From the NCBI GenBank assembly GCA_964019335.1, contig OZ025737.1:1-64000 (forward strand): DNA of 64,000 nucleotides. Direction: 5' to 3'. Source of the DNA: Diplonema japonicum. Taxonomy: Eukaryota; Protista; Euglenozoa: Diplonemea. This document shows, piece after piece, positions 22,482 to 35,597 of the stretch. Position 1 is the stretch's first letter. Each line of letters begins with the position of its first letter. Under the pieces are notes generated by a model, which searched no databases, was not told the origin of the DNA, and saw only the letters and a list, made by a program, of their open reading frames with translations. Both the position numbers and the translations under genes were made by a program.

Positions 22482-25162
22482 ATGAGAGAGAATGCTCGGT
22501 ATAATCAGTCGATTGCAAGTGAGGATGATGAAACAACCAACACACTGTCGTCCACAGACTCAGGGTGGAAGGAAGGAGACAGCTCATCGGACAGTGACGA
22601 CAGCAACGAGGAGAGCAGGTCTGCAGGCGTCGCGTCAGGAAGTACGGCGTCAGGTACAGGAACTTCTAGCACGACCGGTTCTACAGCTACCGGTACTTCA
22701 ATAACAAATATCGGAACTACCTCCACCAGTGCAACAGGGTCTTCGGGCACGTCGACAGCAACGTCTTCTTCAACTATAGGGACAGGAACAAGCGGCAGTA
22801 CGCAGAGTAGTACTGGAACAGGCACTACTGAAACAGACACAAGTATAACTACAACTGGCAGTACTGCAACGGGGTCTAGCACAGGAGACAGCACCGGTGA
22901 TACAACAGGGAGTAGCACGTCAGGAACCACGACGAGTGCAACAGGGAGTTCGTCATCAACATCGGGAACAGATACAGGAACAGAGACAGGAACAAAGACA
23001 GGGACAAGTACGGGGACTGGAACGACTTCGTCAACAAACACATCTACTACTGAATCGACTTCAACCTCAACCTCAGCAACATCCACCTCTACTTCATCGA
23101 GGGGAACATCTGGGACAGGTACCTCAACATCAACATCAACCTCAACATCAACATCAACATCAACATCAACATCAACATCAACATCAACATCAACATCAAC
23201 ATCAACATCAACATCAACATCAACTTCGACTGCGACTTCCACCTCCACATCAACCTCCACACCAACCTCGTCTTCGACGCTGTCATCCACAAGCACCTCA
23301 GGGTTGTCTTCCACGACAGCCAGTAGCTCATCCGACTTCTCCTCCTCGACCTTGGCCACTGGCAGCTCTGCGTCATCCTCCACCACTTCTGCTGCTCTCT
23401 TCTCTGTCATGAAAGAACGCCCACCACCACCGGACATTGAATACCTTCCCGACATCGTGCACCCTGCCTTTGATGACTTAGTCCACCGCGTGTACGATGC
23501 ACACAAAGGGTTGCTCCCCAATGAGTCTGCTGAGCTGTTGCTCGAGTGCGTGGCGACAAAAGAAGACATGCGGCAGTCGCTGCAAACCAGAAGCTTGTTC
23601 CAGGGTTCTGCAGAACAAAAAGAGCAACGAACAAAGCTTACAAAACTGCTGCAACATAAAGCAATCACATCGCCTTGTATGAAACAGGCTCTTTCTGGAA
23701 AATGTGCCATGCTTGGTGGCAATATCTACCACGGCGAGCTCCCTAAGAGCGTGTTTTTGAAGGCATTATTGGAAGACGTGAAGCCTGCACCACTGAAGTG
23801 TACTAAAGGCGATACAGCACTTATATGCAACTTTGACTCGATCACAATAGCAACATCACGAGGTAAGAAGACTTGTAAGTATGTCCGGACAAGGCTGCTG
23901 CGGAGTCGTAGCGACGACACAAAATGGACCCTCAGTGATGGGGAGGTTACTGTGGACCTAGTTCCTTACCATGACGAGGTTGCCGCCTTTACGAATTTCC
24001 TCAAAGTGTGGGCATCTGTGCTTGCTATAGTCAGCAACAGGTGTTTCTCTGATGATGGTTATGTTAATTGTAACGAGGTCATCAAACAACTCCTTTCGAA
24101 TGACAACAGGGTATGTCCATTGCACCACACCACACGTCACAGGCTGGCTATGTTAATGGTCTGAGGTTTCTCCTCGCTTCAAAGATGCTGGTCCCTGATA
24201 AGGCGTTGAAAATTCTGCAAAAGTCGCCCCATACGTTCGGTACCCTGGCCCACAAGGTATTTGGCCACACAATTGGTTCCAATATTGAAAATTGCGCACC
24301 TCGTGATGTGGAAGACCAAGACCATGTGGCTCTAGTTAAGATAAAGACTATCAAGGGGGGTGTGGGGGATGCCAAAGGCGTAACCCAACGCTGTTTGCGG
24401 ATGGCACTCACGACGTGTACTGGCGACGTGCACCAAGAGTGCCCTGTTCACACAGTGCCTTGTTGTGTGCAGGAGGCAGGGTGGATAGAAGTCGAAGCTG
24501 ACCATTCTTCGGTGCTTCTTACTTACACAAAGCGCATGAAGATGGTCTACGGCTTGTACGTCGAGCATTGTGTGACGTTCGAAGACGACCTCGAGATGAT
24601 ATGCTCGCAAGGCTTCATGCCTTTGACAGATGTGAAACAGGGTGCGACATCTCTTAAGCTAAAAGGCTCCTTGGATGCAACTATCATAGTTAACATTAGT
24701 TTGCCCACTGTCGACGATGCACTGCCATCGCCTACAGTGCTACCCTGGTCAAGCCTCGACGAAGTCATCATAACAACCTTCAGGAAAGCCCTCCGTGAAG
24801 CTCTAACGAAATGCCATCCTAGCAGACAGCTTGCTTTAAGAGCTACGGGCCTACATAGTTTTTCTGACATCGTTAGCTGGCCGGACACATGGCATGCCTT
24901 CAAACAGCACTGGCTGTCATCCACGGCACCCGATGCTGCAAGGCTACGTGACTCACTAGACTCTGCAGGATCGCTTTTGTCTTGTCTCCCAAGATACACC
25001 ACTGCACCGTGTACTCCTTATGCTTACATGCAACCAACTGGAGTGAACAACAATGCCGCAAGAGCTGCTATCCTTAAGGAATCTGGTCTGTGTCGCAGCA
25101 ACGAACAGATGATACAAAGCCTGTTGGGGTCAGGCGATGTAAAAATAGAATTCCTTGCCTAG
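22482..25162 (+). CDS. Uncharacterised protein with about 300-aa Ser/Thr/Gly-rich N-terminus
   Basis: ORFs 22482-24164 and 24113-25162 are joined in frame by intron 24111-24142 (GTATG..CAG). Confidence 0.75.
23124..23225 (+). repeat. (TCAACA)n coding microsatellite encoding (Ser-Thr)n
   Basis: About 17 near-perfect hexamer units are visible. Confidence 0.9.
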
Positions 25163-25570
25163 TACTAGATAACGCTTCATATCTCTATGGCCGTCAAGCA
25201 CCTCACCTCTATCAGAACACCTCAAAAAGTTGTTGTTTGTCAATGTAATGGCAGGGGATGAACATGCGTTTGTTTTTCCCAATGCCATATCGACTATACG
25301 AAATAGAGTCTATGCAGTAAGTACATTTTGTGCCTTCTCCAGTCATTTAGCAAAGTTCCTTAAATGACTTTCGGCGGAATCACCTCAAGCAGCATTTTCA
25401 TAGTCGTTTGTAGAATAGATTTTTTGGAAAACGACATCCCATGTGTAGCCCTTTAACCCTCCACTTAGCTGAAGGCTTTTAGAGATACGAGGTGTAAGTA
25501 AAAAAAGAAGAAGAAAAAATATTTATTGTTTCTTGCTGTGTTCATTTCACACGACAGTACACATTGATGA

Positions 25571-27322
25571 ATGAATGGCATTGGCAGACTCACAACCATA
25601 GTTAATGTACCTGTTGTTATCGAGCCTAAAGAATTCTCGCCAACAAGGAACCGGAGCACACCAGTTTCAGTGCAGGTGGTTAATGCGTTGCCTTTGACGG
25701 ATGTACAGCACTCGTCTCCTGTGCAGCCTGCCGTGCACCCTTTGCAGCATGCAGTTGGGAAGGACATTAACACCCACCACGGGCATTTGACAGGCCCGAA
25801 CATCGAGGGTTCACCGTATGAGATGACAATACCCGAGGCACACAAGATGGCGTTGTCCCAACCTGCTATCAAAGGCTTTTGCTACCAGAACACTGGCACG
25901 TCTGAGTTAGACAAGGTGTGGGTGTACTTCAAGGCATCTTTCGATTTCCACCCTTCGGAGAGCTGGACTTCTGTGCAGGTGCTTAAACACTCAGAAATGC
26001 AGCGACTTGATGAATCGCAGTTGGGTGCCACGCTGCTTCCGGGGTCTCATACAAGAGACCGGCTAGTGCGGTTCTACCAGGAGTATTGTCCTGAGAAGTA
26101 TGCAATGATGAACAACACATAACATTCGCAGGCTACCCTCGGTTGTCATGACCCTAAATGAGTACAAAGCTATGGAGGAGTCACTGTTTTCATCTTTGGT
26201 TAGAATGCACGGGCCAGAGCCTCCTTGCATCCCGCTGGACGCCGATCTTCCTCCAGAATGGAAATGCGTAGAGAATTCAGTGGTATGACAGAATTTCAGG
26301 TAACATATCACACGCAGGGCTACATTTTTTATGTACACAACAATGGTGGTCGACAGTGGAAGAAACCTCGAGCAGGTGACCCTCCGCCAAATGCGGATCC
26401 TTTGCTGCTGCCGGACCAGGCCCCGTCACCTCACGGTGTGCCGATGAGCCCTTCGCCGAGAAGGCGGGTGACTTCCCCAAGATGGAGAACACAGCCCGTG
26501 AAGCGAGCTGTACTTGTGAACACAGGTGGCAATCCCACAAAGTTCTCGCAGTACTTGGGGAAACTCGGGTTCAAGCAACAGCTTATGCTCACTCCAGCAT
26601 GCCAGGACTCTATTCCTACGAAGTCCAATATCCTCCGTGCAGTTGGTTGGCTCACTCAAAACACCTCCGAAGGTGACAGCCTGTTCTTCTATTTTTGTGG
26701 AGAGACCACGAACGACGAGTTGCTGTCCCATGACGACCAGTCCCTCTCGGGGAAAGAGGTGGCCGAGGCCATGGAGCAAGGCAACGTGCACGGCGCGAAG
26801 GCAGTCTTCTTACTAGACGTGGTGCCTGGTGCCAAGGTGTTCAACCTACCTTACCGTGTCATCAACATAGGCCCTCGTGCCACCATCATCAACACACCTA
26901 AAGACGCGCTGAAAATGCCGTGCGAAGTCTTCGTCGTGCATGTGCTCGAAGGGCGTCCTTCCAAGGGTGACTTCACGCAGGCTTTCATGAATACTGTGCA
27001 CAACACCAGATGCAGGTACGACGAGTTACTAGAGCGAATACGGGAGGGGATGGTGCAAAGCAGCGGCTGTGTTCTGAGCATTGCCTGCATGGAGGCAAGC
27101 ACAGGGTACTTTTCTGTGAGCCGCTCAGGAGAACAAAACCATGCTGACGATACCCTCCAGTACATCACATCTCCCACGCGGCCGCAGGAAGGCTCGCTCC
27201 ACTATCTCAGGTCACCTAGTTATGCTGCTGCACACAGTCACCTGATGATCAGCCCCACGCGCAAGGCGCAAGTGCATCAGAGTTTGGTGCAAAAGGAACT
27301 TGCGAAGCTTCTTGGACCCTAG
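25571..27322 (+). CDS. WW-domain protein with catalytically degenerate metacaspase (peptidase C14)-like domain
   Basis: Introns 26098-26131 and 26283-26317 give RLVRFYQEYCPEKL...HGPEP and the WW domain LPPEWKCVENSVGYIFYVHNNGGRQWKKP. Then KRAVLV...PTKSNILRAVGWL...GDSLFFYFCGE...VFLLDVV. Confidence 0.75.
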
Positions 27323-27400
27323 ATGTATATGACTTGTAAGTTGTGTGTAAGTTGCTGAATCCTGTTTTAATGTGCCTTACCTACCACCAGTGACAGCAAA

Positions 27401-28891
27401 ATGGAGGAGGAATATGACGCGGTTGTGTGCGGTACTGGGTTGGTAGAGTGTGTGCTGTCTGGCCTGCTCTCTGTGGCAGGCCACAAGGTACTTCACTTGG
27501 ACCGTAACATGTACTACGGCGGTGAGAGTGCCAGTTTGAACCTTGACCAGCTGTATGCCAACTTCGGGAAGGGGACGCCGCCTGCTGAGCTGGGAAAGTC
27601 CCACCTTTACAATGTTGATATGATCCCCAAGTTCTTGATGGCGGATGGTGAGCTTGTGAAGATCCTCCGTGCCACGGTTGTGAACAGGTACCAGATGGAG
27701 TTCATGTTGTGCGATGGAAGTTTTGTTTCCAAAGGCAGCAACGTATGCACGATCATACTAAAGACATAATGAATAAATCAACAGGTGTACAAGGTCCCCT
27801 GTACCGAGAGAGAGGCCCTGAGCTCTAGCCTGATGGGTATTCTCGAGAAGAGGCGTGCTGCTAAGTTCTTTGCGTGGGCACAGGACTACGACCAGGCTGA
27901 CCCTAAGACTTGGGGCAAGCTCAACCCCATGGAGCAGACCATGCGTCAGGTCTTCAGCCACTACTCTCTGTCGAAGGATACCATCGAGTTCATTGGCCAC
28001 GCTCTGGCACTCGAGGAGAACGAGGCGTACCTCGATAAGAAGGCCCACGAGACCCTCGCGAAGATCGCCCTGTACGAGTCTTCTCTTAGCATGTATGTCA
28101 TCTAAGTCAGCATTGCAACCCACACAGGTATGAAGGAGGCACTGTGTCGCCCTTCGTGTACCCTTTGTACGGTCTCGGTGAGCTTCCCCAGGTGTTCGCT
28201 AGGCTCTCTGCTGTGTACGGCGGTACCTACATGCTCGACACACCTGTTGAGAAGCTGCAGTACGACGAAAACGGTATGGCACAACGACACTGTAGCACAA
28301 TCCCACAGGTGTGTTCCAGGGTGTGCACGCCGGCGGACAGTTTGCCAAGGCAAAGTTCGTTGTCGGTGACCCTACATACTTCTCTGATAAGGTCAAGAAA
28401 GTTGGCCAGGTTGCCAGGTGCATTTGCCTGATGGACAAGCCCCTGCAGGCGACCAAAGCACAGAGTTGCCAGATCATCATCCCGCACACACAGGTGAAGG
28501 TGCCCAGGAAGCACGACATCTATGTTGTGCAGCTCTCTGAAGTGCACAAGGTTGTGCCTGCCGGGAAGTACCTTGCCATTGTGAGTACGTTTGCTGAGAC
28601 TGGCGACCCGGAGAAGGAGCTGGAACCTGGTCTTGCTTTGCTTGGGAAGAACGTGATCGAGAAGTTCACCTCTGTCTCGCCGCTGTACCAGGTATGCTGA
28701 GGGATGACTCACAACACTCACGACAGCCCACCGACAACGGGGCGGAAAGTAAGACATTCATCTCTGACTCATATGACTCGTCTTCGCACTTCGAGGCGGC
28801 TGCGAAGAACATCCTTGACCTTTACGAGAGGATCACCGGCAAGCCCTACGACTTCGATAAGTCCGTGGCGCAGCCTGTGACCATGCAGTAA
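27401..28891 (+). CDS. GDI1: Rab GDP dissociation inhibitor, 447 aa
   Basis: [44 protein letters not shown] and [30 protein letters not shown]. Introns 27743-27784, 28093-28127, 28274-28308 and 28692-28726. Confidence 0.95.
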
Positions 28892-29326
28892 AACCCGACT
28901 AGCTGCGGTGCCATAGTGTATACCAACGACACAAACGTCCTTTCAGGTGGTGAGACGTGAGAGATAAAAAAAAATAACAAAACATAAACCTTGGTTCCCA
29001 TCTATGTTCAGTTGGGCTTTCGTTTTTACTTTTTAAAAAAATATCTTTCCCCCCTTTGTCCCCCCTCCTTTTTTTAGTATGCAAAATTGATGGCGCGAAA
29101 GAGGCTCCAGTTTTTAGTAAACATCCGCCTTTAAAAAAAAAGAAGAAAGGGCGGGCGGCAAACACCATCGGGCCCCTCCAATTTCTCACCCCTTCTAATT
29201 TTTCTTTTTTTTTTTCTTTCCCCGATTCCTTACCCCTCCCATCCCCTCTGATGACTTGCCTTTCCACTGTTCCAATACTTGACGTTTTGACATATCATAG
29301 CTGTCATATTTTCGATTAGGAGCAAG

Positions 29327-30942
29327 ATGCCGCCGAAAGGGAATAAGAAAGAAAAAGAGTCAAAGAAAGAGGACAAGGATGGCGACAAGGAGAATGAAGG
29401 CGAAGTGCAGCTGACGATGCTGATCGCGTCTACATTCGCGAACGACGAGTTAGAGTCGAAGAAGCAAACTCTGAGTCAGTACTACGAGATTGCAGGAAAG
29501 CAAAAAGAGGAGAACCAGCGGTTGAAAGAAGAGATGCAAGAGCGCGACAGAGACTCACTGCAGGTGGTCGAGTTCCTGCGACGCGAGGTAGAGAAGAAGC
29601 AAGAGCTTATTGAGTCCCTGAAGACACAGTCGGACGACCAGCGTGAGAAGGCAGCGGACCTTCTAAGAGACCGTGAGGAGGAACTAAACACAACCATCGC
29701 CATCAAGGACGAGCTGCTGGAGGAAAAGGAGGTGGAGATAAAAAGACTTGAAGATGAGCTTGAGTCGGTCGCAAAGTACAAACGAGACAAGCACGAAATG
29801 GAAAGCGCCATCAAGAAACTGAAGCAGGACATCAGCGACACGAAAGAAAAGTACGAACGAGAGCTCAGCAAACTTCGTTTCCAATCGCTTGAAGAAAAGG
29901 TGCGTCTGAAACACGAAGAAAAGGATCTGAACGACAGGTATGCAGAACGGTAGCTAGCTCAGCACCACAGGTTTTCGCACGCCGTGAACCAAAAAGCAAT
30001 GGAGTTGCTAGACGGGCAGACACGCAGCATACACTCCGAGAACACCGAGCTGCGAATGAACCACCACAAACTAGAAAAGGAATACATGTTGCTCTCAAAG
30101 CAAAGTAAAATACTCGAAGAGGAAAAACGGAGAAAGGAACGAGAGATCGAGCTGGGCAAGCACAGCATCGGGGAGTACTCCAAGCAGAGCTACCGGTCGC
30201 ACAAGGAGATACGTGAGCTGGCCTCGCGGAACAGGCAGCTGGAGAGGAATGCTACGAAACTAGTTCGACAATATGAAGAAGAGAAGCAAGACGTTGCGGA
30301 GACAAAGGACACTGAATTGAGTGAATTGAAACACAAGTTGCACGAGATGGAGCAGGCCCTCAAGGTTCGCTCCATAGAACTACACAGAATACGGCGGCTA
30401 GCAAGGGTAATCATCCAACAACGCTCAGAACTGGAAATGTTTTTCACCGAAGCACTTGAATACGTCAGGAACCAGATAGCAGAAGAGCGCAAGTCGCAAA
30501 GTTCACAGTCCTTAGCGCTCCAGTCACGCGATGCTATGACAAAGCGGCCTAGAAAACCGGGCAAAGGTTACGGGGGCTTGGCATCGGGCAACTTTCGAAC
30601 GCATGACGAAGGGGAGTTGCCGCCTATATCCGCTGGGTCTAGTGAGAAGGATCGGGACGTGGAAACACCCAAGCCATCTGACAGATTGGACATATCAGAA
30701 CTGAGCTGGCTGGACAAAGAACGAATTTTGAGAATACTATTTGCAAAAATTAGTACCTCACAGGTATACTTTGTGTTACCAATACCATACAACAGGGAAA
30801 GAAAGCACACCCGCAGAAGGCCCCCACCCCCATCGACGTGGACAGGCCTCCTACTGTGGACACAGAAGACTCGCCCGTGTTCGACCAGCAGCTAATAGAA
30901 AACAAAACTTTCGTTACACAACAGCAGTTGCTGGGTAGCTAA
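29327..30942 (+). CDS. BBOF1: Basal body orientation factor 1 (CCDC176)-like coiled-coil protein
   Basis: MPPKG-K-rich start, RIRRLARVIIQQRSELEMFFTEALEYVR and LDISELSWLDKERILRILFAKI. Introns 29938-29970 and 30764-30795. Confidence 0.75.
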
Positions 30943-31071
30943 ACAGCAGCCGTTGCTTCTGCAAGGTGTCTGCGCAAATGGTCCCCCCCCCCCCCCCCCC
31001 TCCTTTATTGTAGTTTGAACAGCAACTGCAAAGAATGAGAGAATGACAATGCATCACAGGAGGACAGGAGG

Positions 31072-34000
31072 ATGTCTCGCCCGAAGACAGAATCGGTGCC
31101 CATCCCCGAGGCGCAGTCCGTGTACTACTCAGACGATGGTACAGCGAGTGTGGTGCTCGAAGATATCTACGACCCCAACTACTCACCCACGAACGAGGAG
31201 CTTATCGACTATGCCTCATGGTTGGGCATGGACCCTGACGAGGATGAACCCCTTATGTGGATTGCAGAGCAAGGACTGAAGTCTCCGCTCCCCGAAAACT
31301 GGCGGCCATGCAAGACAGACAACGGGGATGTGTACTATTTCAACTTCCGTACAGGGGAGTCCATTTGGGACCACCCTCTAGATCCTAAATTCAAGGCGCT
31401 TTACAAACGTGAGAAGCAAAAGATGATGGAGAAGAAGCCCTTCAAGACGAAGATGGACGACGAGGTGCGTGAGTTCCTCACAGGCGAGCCGGCAAATAAG
31501 AAAAAGAAATCTAACAAGAGTAACGACGGCAAGAGCAGCGCCCCCGGTGGCAACCCAGGTGGCAAGAAGGGCAGCGGCCTCCCGAGCACACTGACGAATG
31601 CGTTGAAAAAAGCAGCTGAGAAAGAGGTGGTGAAAGACAACAAGGAAGAAGCTACTACTGTGGCGCCTGCAAGGGGTAAGGGTAAATTCGGGAATCTTCC
31701 TGCAAACCCTCTTGCAAAAGTGGGCAAACCGATCCTGGGCAGTGGAGGTGGTTTGCGGCCAATAGAAGAAGAAGAGAAGGGAACAGGTTCGTCGGCTCTG
31801 GGGAAGCAAGCTCTCCCTGGGCTAGGGGGGCTCATGGAGAAGGGTTCCCCATTGACAAGCACACTGAAGACGCCATCGTCGCTGCTTGGGAAGCCATCCT
31901 TCGATGATCAAGGGGAGAAGGACGCTCTGGAGGACAGCTTCAAAAGCGAGTTGGACACACTGCGCAAAGAGCACAAGAGACTGCTGGAAGAAGCGAGACG
32001 TGCCCATGAACAGGAGACAAAACAGCTGAAGTATACGCAAGAGCAAGACCTACAAGACTTGGAGATGGAGTTCAACAAGCAGAAGAACGCAGCAAAGCGG
32101 CGGAATGCAACGAAACAATCCGAATGGGAAAGAGAACTCGACGAGCAGCAGCTCAGCAACAGAAGGAAGTATGAAAAGGAGCTGGTCGCAGAGTTTGAGC
32201 AATGGAAACAAGACAAAGAACAGATGCACAAGAGCCAAAAAGAGCGACAAGAGCTCCTCCACAAGGAGGACCTAGAACTGCTGAAAACAAAGAAGGACGA
32301 CATGCTGCGGAAGTTGAAGCGAGAACATGAGACACAGATCGAAGAGAAGCAGTCGGAATGGGAAGAGAAGAAGGAAGCGCTAGACAAGCAGGAGAGAGAT
32401 CTCTCGAAGCGAAGAGAAGGCCTGACTAATGCCAGAAGCGAGCTGGAGAGTAAAGAGGTGGAGATTAAGCAACAGCTTGTGAACTTAAAGGAAAAAGAAA
32501 AAGAGAATGAAACCAGAAGAAAGGAGTTAGAAACTATGAGCTCCAGTGAAGACTTCACTGCTCTCTCAGCTCAGAACAACAAAGAAGTCCAGGACCTGCT
32601 TGCAGAGCACGCTGGAAAGATGGAAGACATCAAGCACAGCACACGGGAGGAGGTAGAAGCGTCGAAGGCTGACCATGAAAGAGAGCTTGAGGCACTGAAG
32701 GCAAAGCATGTTGACAACCAGAAGCAGCTCCAGGCTCAGTGTGAAGCTAAAAAAGCAGAGCTCGAGGCTGAACAGGAACGTCTCGAAGAGGCTCTAAAGC
32801 AGAAGCGTGACGAGCTAGACACAGCAGCTAACAACCTTGCAGCGGAGACTGAGGGTTTGCAAGGCAGCACTATATCGGAAAGGAGGCAGGCACTTGCGGC
32901 AGAGCTGGAAGAAGAGCTTGCGGAGACGAAGAGACGGCATGCACAAGAGAAGCAGGCAATAGAAGACATCCTTAAGGCAGAGACGGAAAAGCTGAATGCG
33001 AGGCGGGCAGAAGTAGAAAGAAAAACAAACGAGCTGAGAGAACAAGAGAACGAGCAAGAAGCGAAGCGGCGAGAGCTCGAAGAGGCCAACAGGTCGCATG
33101 AGGCAGCAATGGAAGCGCTGAAGAGGGACTTTGAGGCAGAGGCAGCAAAGCAACGCGAGTCTCTGGAGGAGGAACACACAGCACGTATGGTAGCCGAGAA
33201 GAACAGACTGGAACAGGAGACGAGAAGTAAACTTGTAGATCTGACGAACCAGAACGAAGTGGAGATTACCTTGAAGAGACAACAAGAAGAAGCGCGCATT
33301 CAGAAAGAGCTGACAGAGCTCAAGTTGGCAGGAGAGAGGGAAAAGAAGGCGTTCCTGGAAAAGACTAACGCAGAACATATGAAGCTCGAGAGCTCGAAGA
33401 TCGATGCTAAAATTGAAGAGTACAAAGCGCAAGAGCAGGCACGGCTGAACAGCGCCATGCGGGGACTGGAAGATGACATGAAAGAAAAGGAGCGTGCAGC
33501 AAAGCAGCGCTTTGATACTGAGATGGCAGTACGCCTACAGCAGTACCAGGCAAGCGAAGAAGAGAGGCTCGTTGTTGCTTTCGGAGCGTCAAAGAACAAG
33601 TCAGAAGCGTTGGCTGTGGCCCAGGCTGACCTTGACGAGGAGCTGAGGGTACAGCGAGCGGCATTCGAAGACAAGCTCAAAGCGTTGGCTGATGAATATG
33701 AGCGGAAGAACTTCGAGATGCGAAGAGAAGCAGAAGAGATACATGATGCAAAGGTGGAGAAATTCATGGCCAAGCACAACAAGCAGCTGGAGCTTCTCGA
33801 AAACCAGCACACAAGAGAGCTTCGGGAGATGAAGGGAAGACACGAGCGGCACCTTGTGGAACAGCGCACCGCAGAGGATTACACAGAGCGCTTCGCTTCC
33901 GAGAAGAAGGCCTTAGAAGAGACCCACGTGAGGCAGCTGAGTACATTACGCAAAGAGAACGCGCAACAGCTGTCAACTGAGCAAAGCACGCACAGCAGAC

Positions 34001-34785
34001 GGCTTGAGGAGATTAAGGAGGCCAATGCTGTACAGCTCAGCGAGATGCGTGTGAAGGAGCATGAGAGGCAGATGGAGACAGTAAAGGAGAAAGTACGTCA
34101 CAGGGCCGCGGATAAGATTTCACAAGCCAGCGACAGCGACAACCAATTGAGCTACAACGAAAGGCACAGAAAGCACGAGAAGAAAACTCGGCACAAGCAG
34201 CAGCACCAGGACAAGGACAACATCAGACAGGCAAAGCAGTTTCTAAAGAAACACAAGAAACGACTGAAGGACAGACAGGTATGATTCGCTATGTTTGTAA
34301 TGGCACACCGACAGGAGCATCTGAGGGCACTGCGAGCGAAATGGGAAGGTGACCTAGAGGAGCTGAGGCGTGGTGGTAAGAAAGCGGACACAAGTGTGCT
34401 GAAACAGGCCAAGAAGAGGCTAGACCAGCAAGCAGAGGAGCTGAACATGGATGTGAAGCAGCTGGTGAACGGAGAGTATTGGCTGACGCAGCGTATCAAG
34501 AAGCAGAGCGACTGGGAAGTTGAGTCGTGTGTCAGCAGCAGCTTGTCATCCATGACCCCCACCAGACCCCGCACCTGGGGGACATCCTCACGGCAGTCAC
34601 ATTATGCTGAGCCGGGCATCATCTTGTCAACTCTGTCCTCCCTTCAGAACCAAGTCAAGCACCTGACAGACCAGCTCAACCAGTTCCGTGACCCTTACAG
34701 CTCTCGCCCTCATTCACGCAGCAGCAACCATCACATTATCACTGAGTGGTCCGATTGGCTCAGACAGCCAAAGCAAGCCTGGTAA
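31072..34785 (+). CDS. CEP164: CEP164-like centriolar protein (N-terminal WW domain plus long coiled coil)
   Basis: VLEDIYDPNYSPTNEELIDYASWLGMDP..LMWIAEQGLKSPLPENWRPC..YYFNFRTGESIWDHPLD matches the CEP164 N-terminal signature. Intron 34279-34314. Confidence 0.85.
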
Positions 34786-35597
34786 TGGTAACCTGTGCAA
34801 TAAACGCAAAATAATTTTTGCAACTAGATCTTTTAAGTTATGTTGAGAATGCATGCACCCTTGATGTATATACATGTAAATGTGCTAAGGCAGCGTGTAG
34901 ATAATAAGTTTCTCTTTTTTATTTTATTTTCTCCTTTTTTTCTCCCCTTGAGACATTCCATTCCCCAAAAGGGTTGGACACTCGTTACTTTCATTCTCTC
35001 CTTTTTCGAGATTTTCCGGTTCTCGAAGTGAGTGACGTGAACAGCGTGGGTCTTAGAATCTAATGCTGTTGAAAACCACTAACACTCCATATTCATTGTC
35101 GTATTGGTTAAACGGAAAGATTTTACACTTAACTCGAATCCAAAGCAAAAAAAAAAAGAGAAAAAGATAAAAGAAAAAAAAAAACATTACTAATATGCTG
35201 AGAAAGAGTGTCAGCAAAAAATATTTGAGGGGGTGACATAATTAATATTCGAGGATTTATGATAAGGATCTACCCCCCTTTTTTCAGTTTCACTAAATGA
35301 AGGAAGCATCCACACCCACAAACCATAGCCCTACTTGCGAAATGATCCCCCCCCCCCCCCTCTCTATTGTGTCAATCTTGTATTTATTCTGTGGTGCCTT
35401 TTGCGCCATCACTGTTGGCGTTATCTTCCTCCTAGGTCTTTGATGTCCTGTGCAATTAAAGACTCTACTCTTTCATTTTACTGTTCTCCCCCCTACCCGC
35501 CTCTTTCATATTGTTCAGTTGTTTAGTATAAAAGAAGAAAGAAATTTGTTTTTGCGAATGTAGTCCGACCGCCATGACACCACATCCAACAGGTACG

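Noticed and set aside
22505-23722. 405-aa minus-strand ORF with (VD)n
   Set aside because: It is the antisense shadow of the Ser/Thr repeat; low-complexity sequence lacks stops in several frames.
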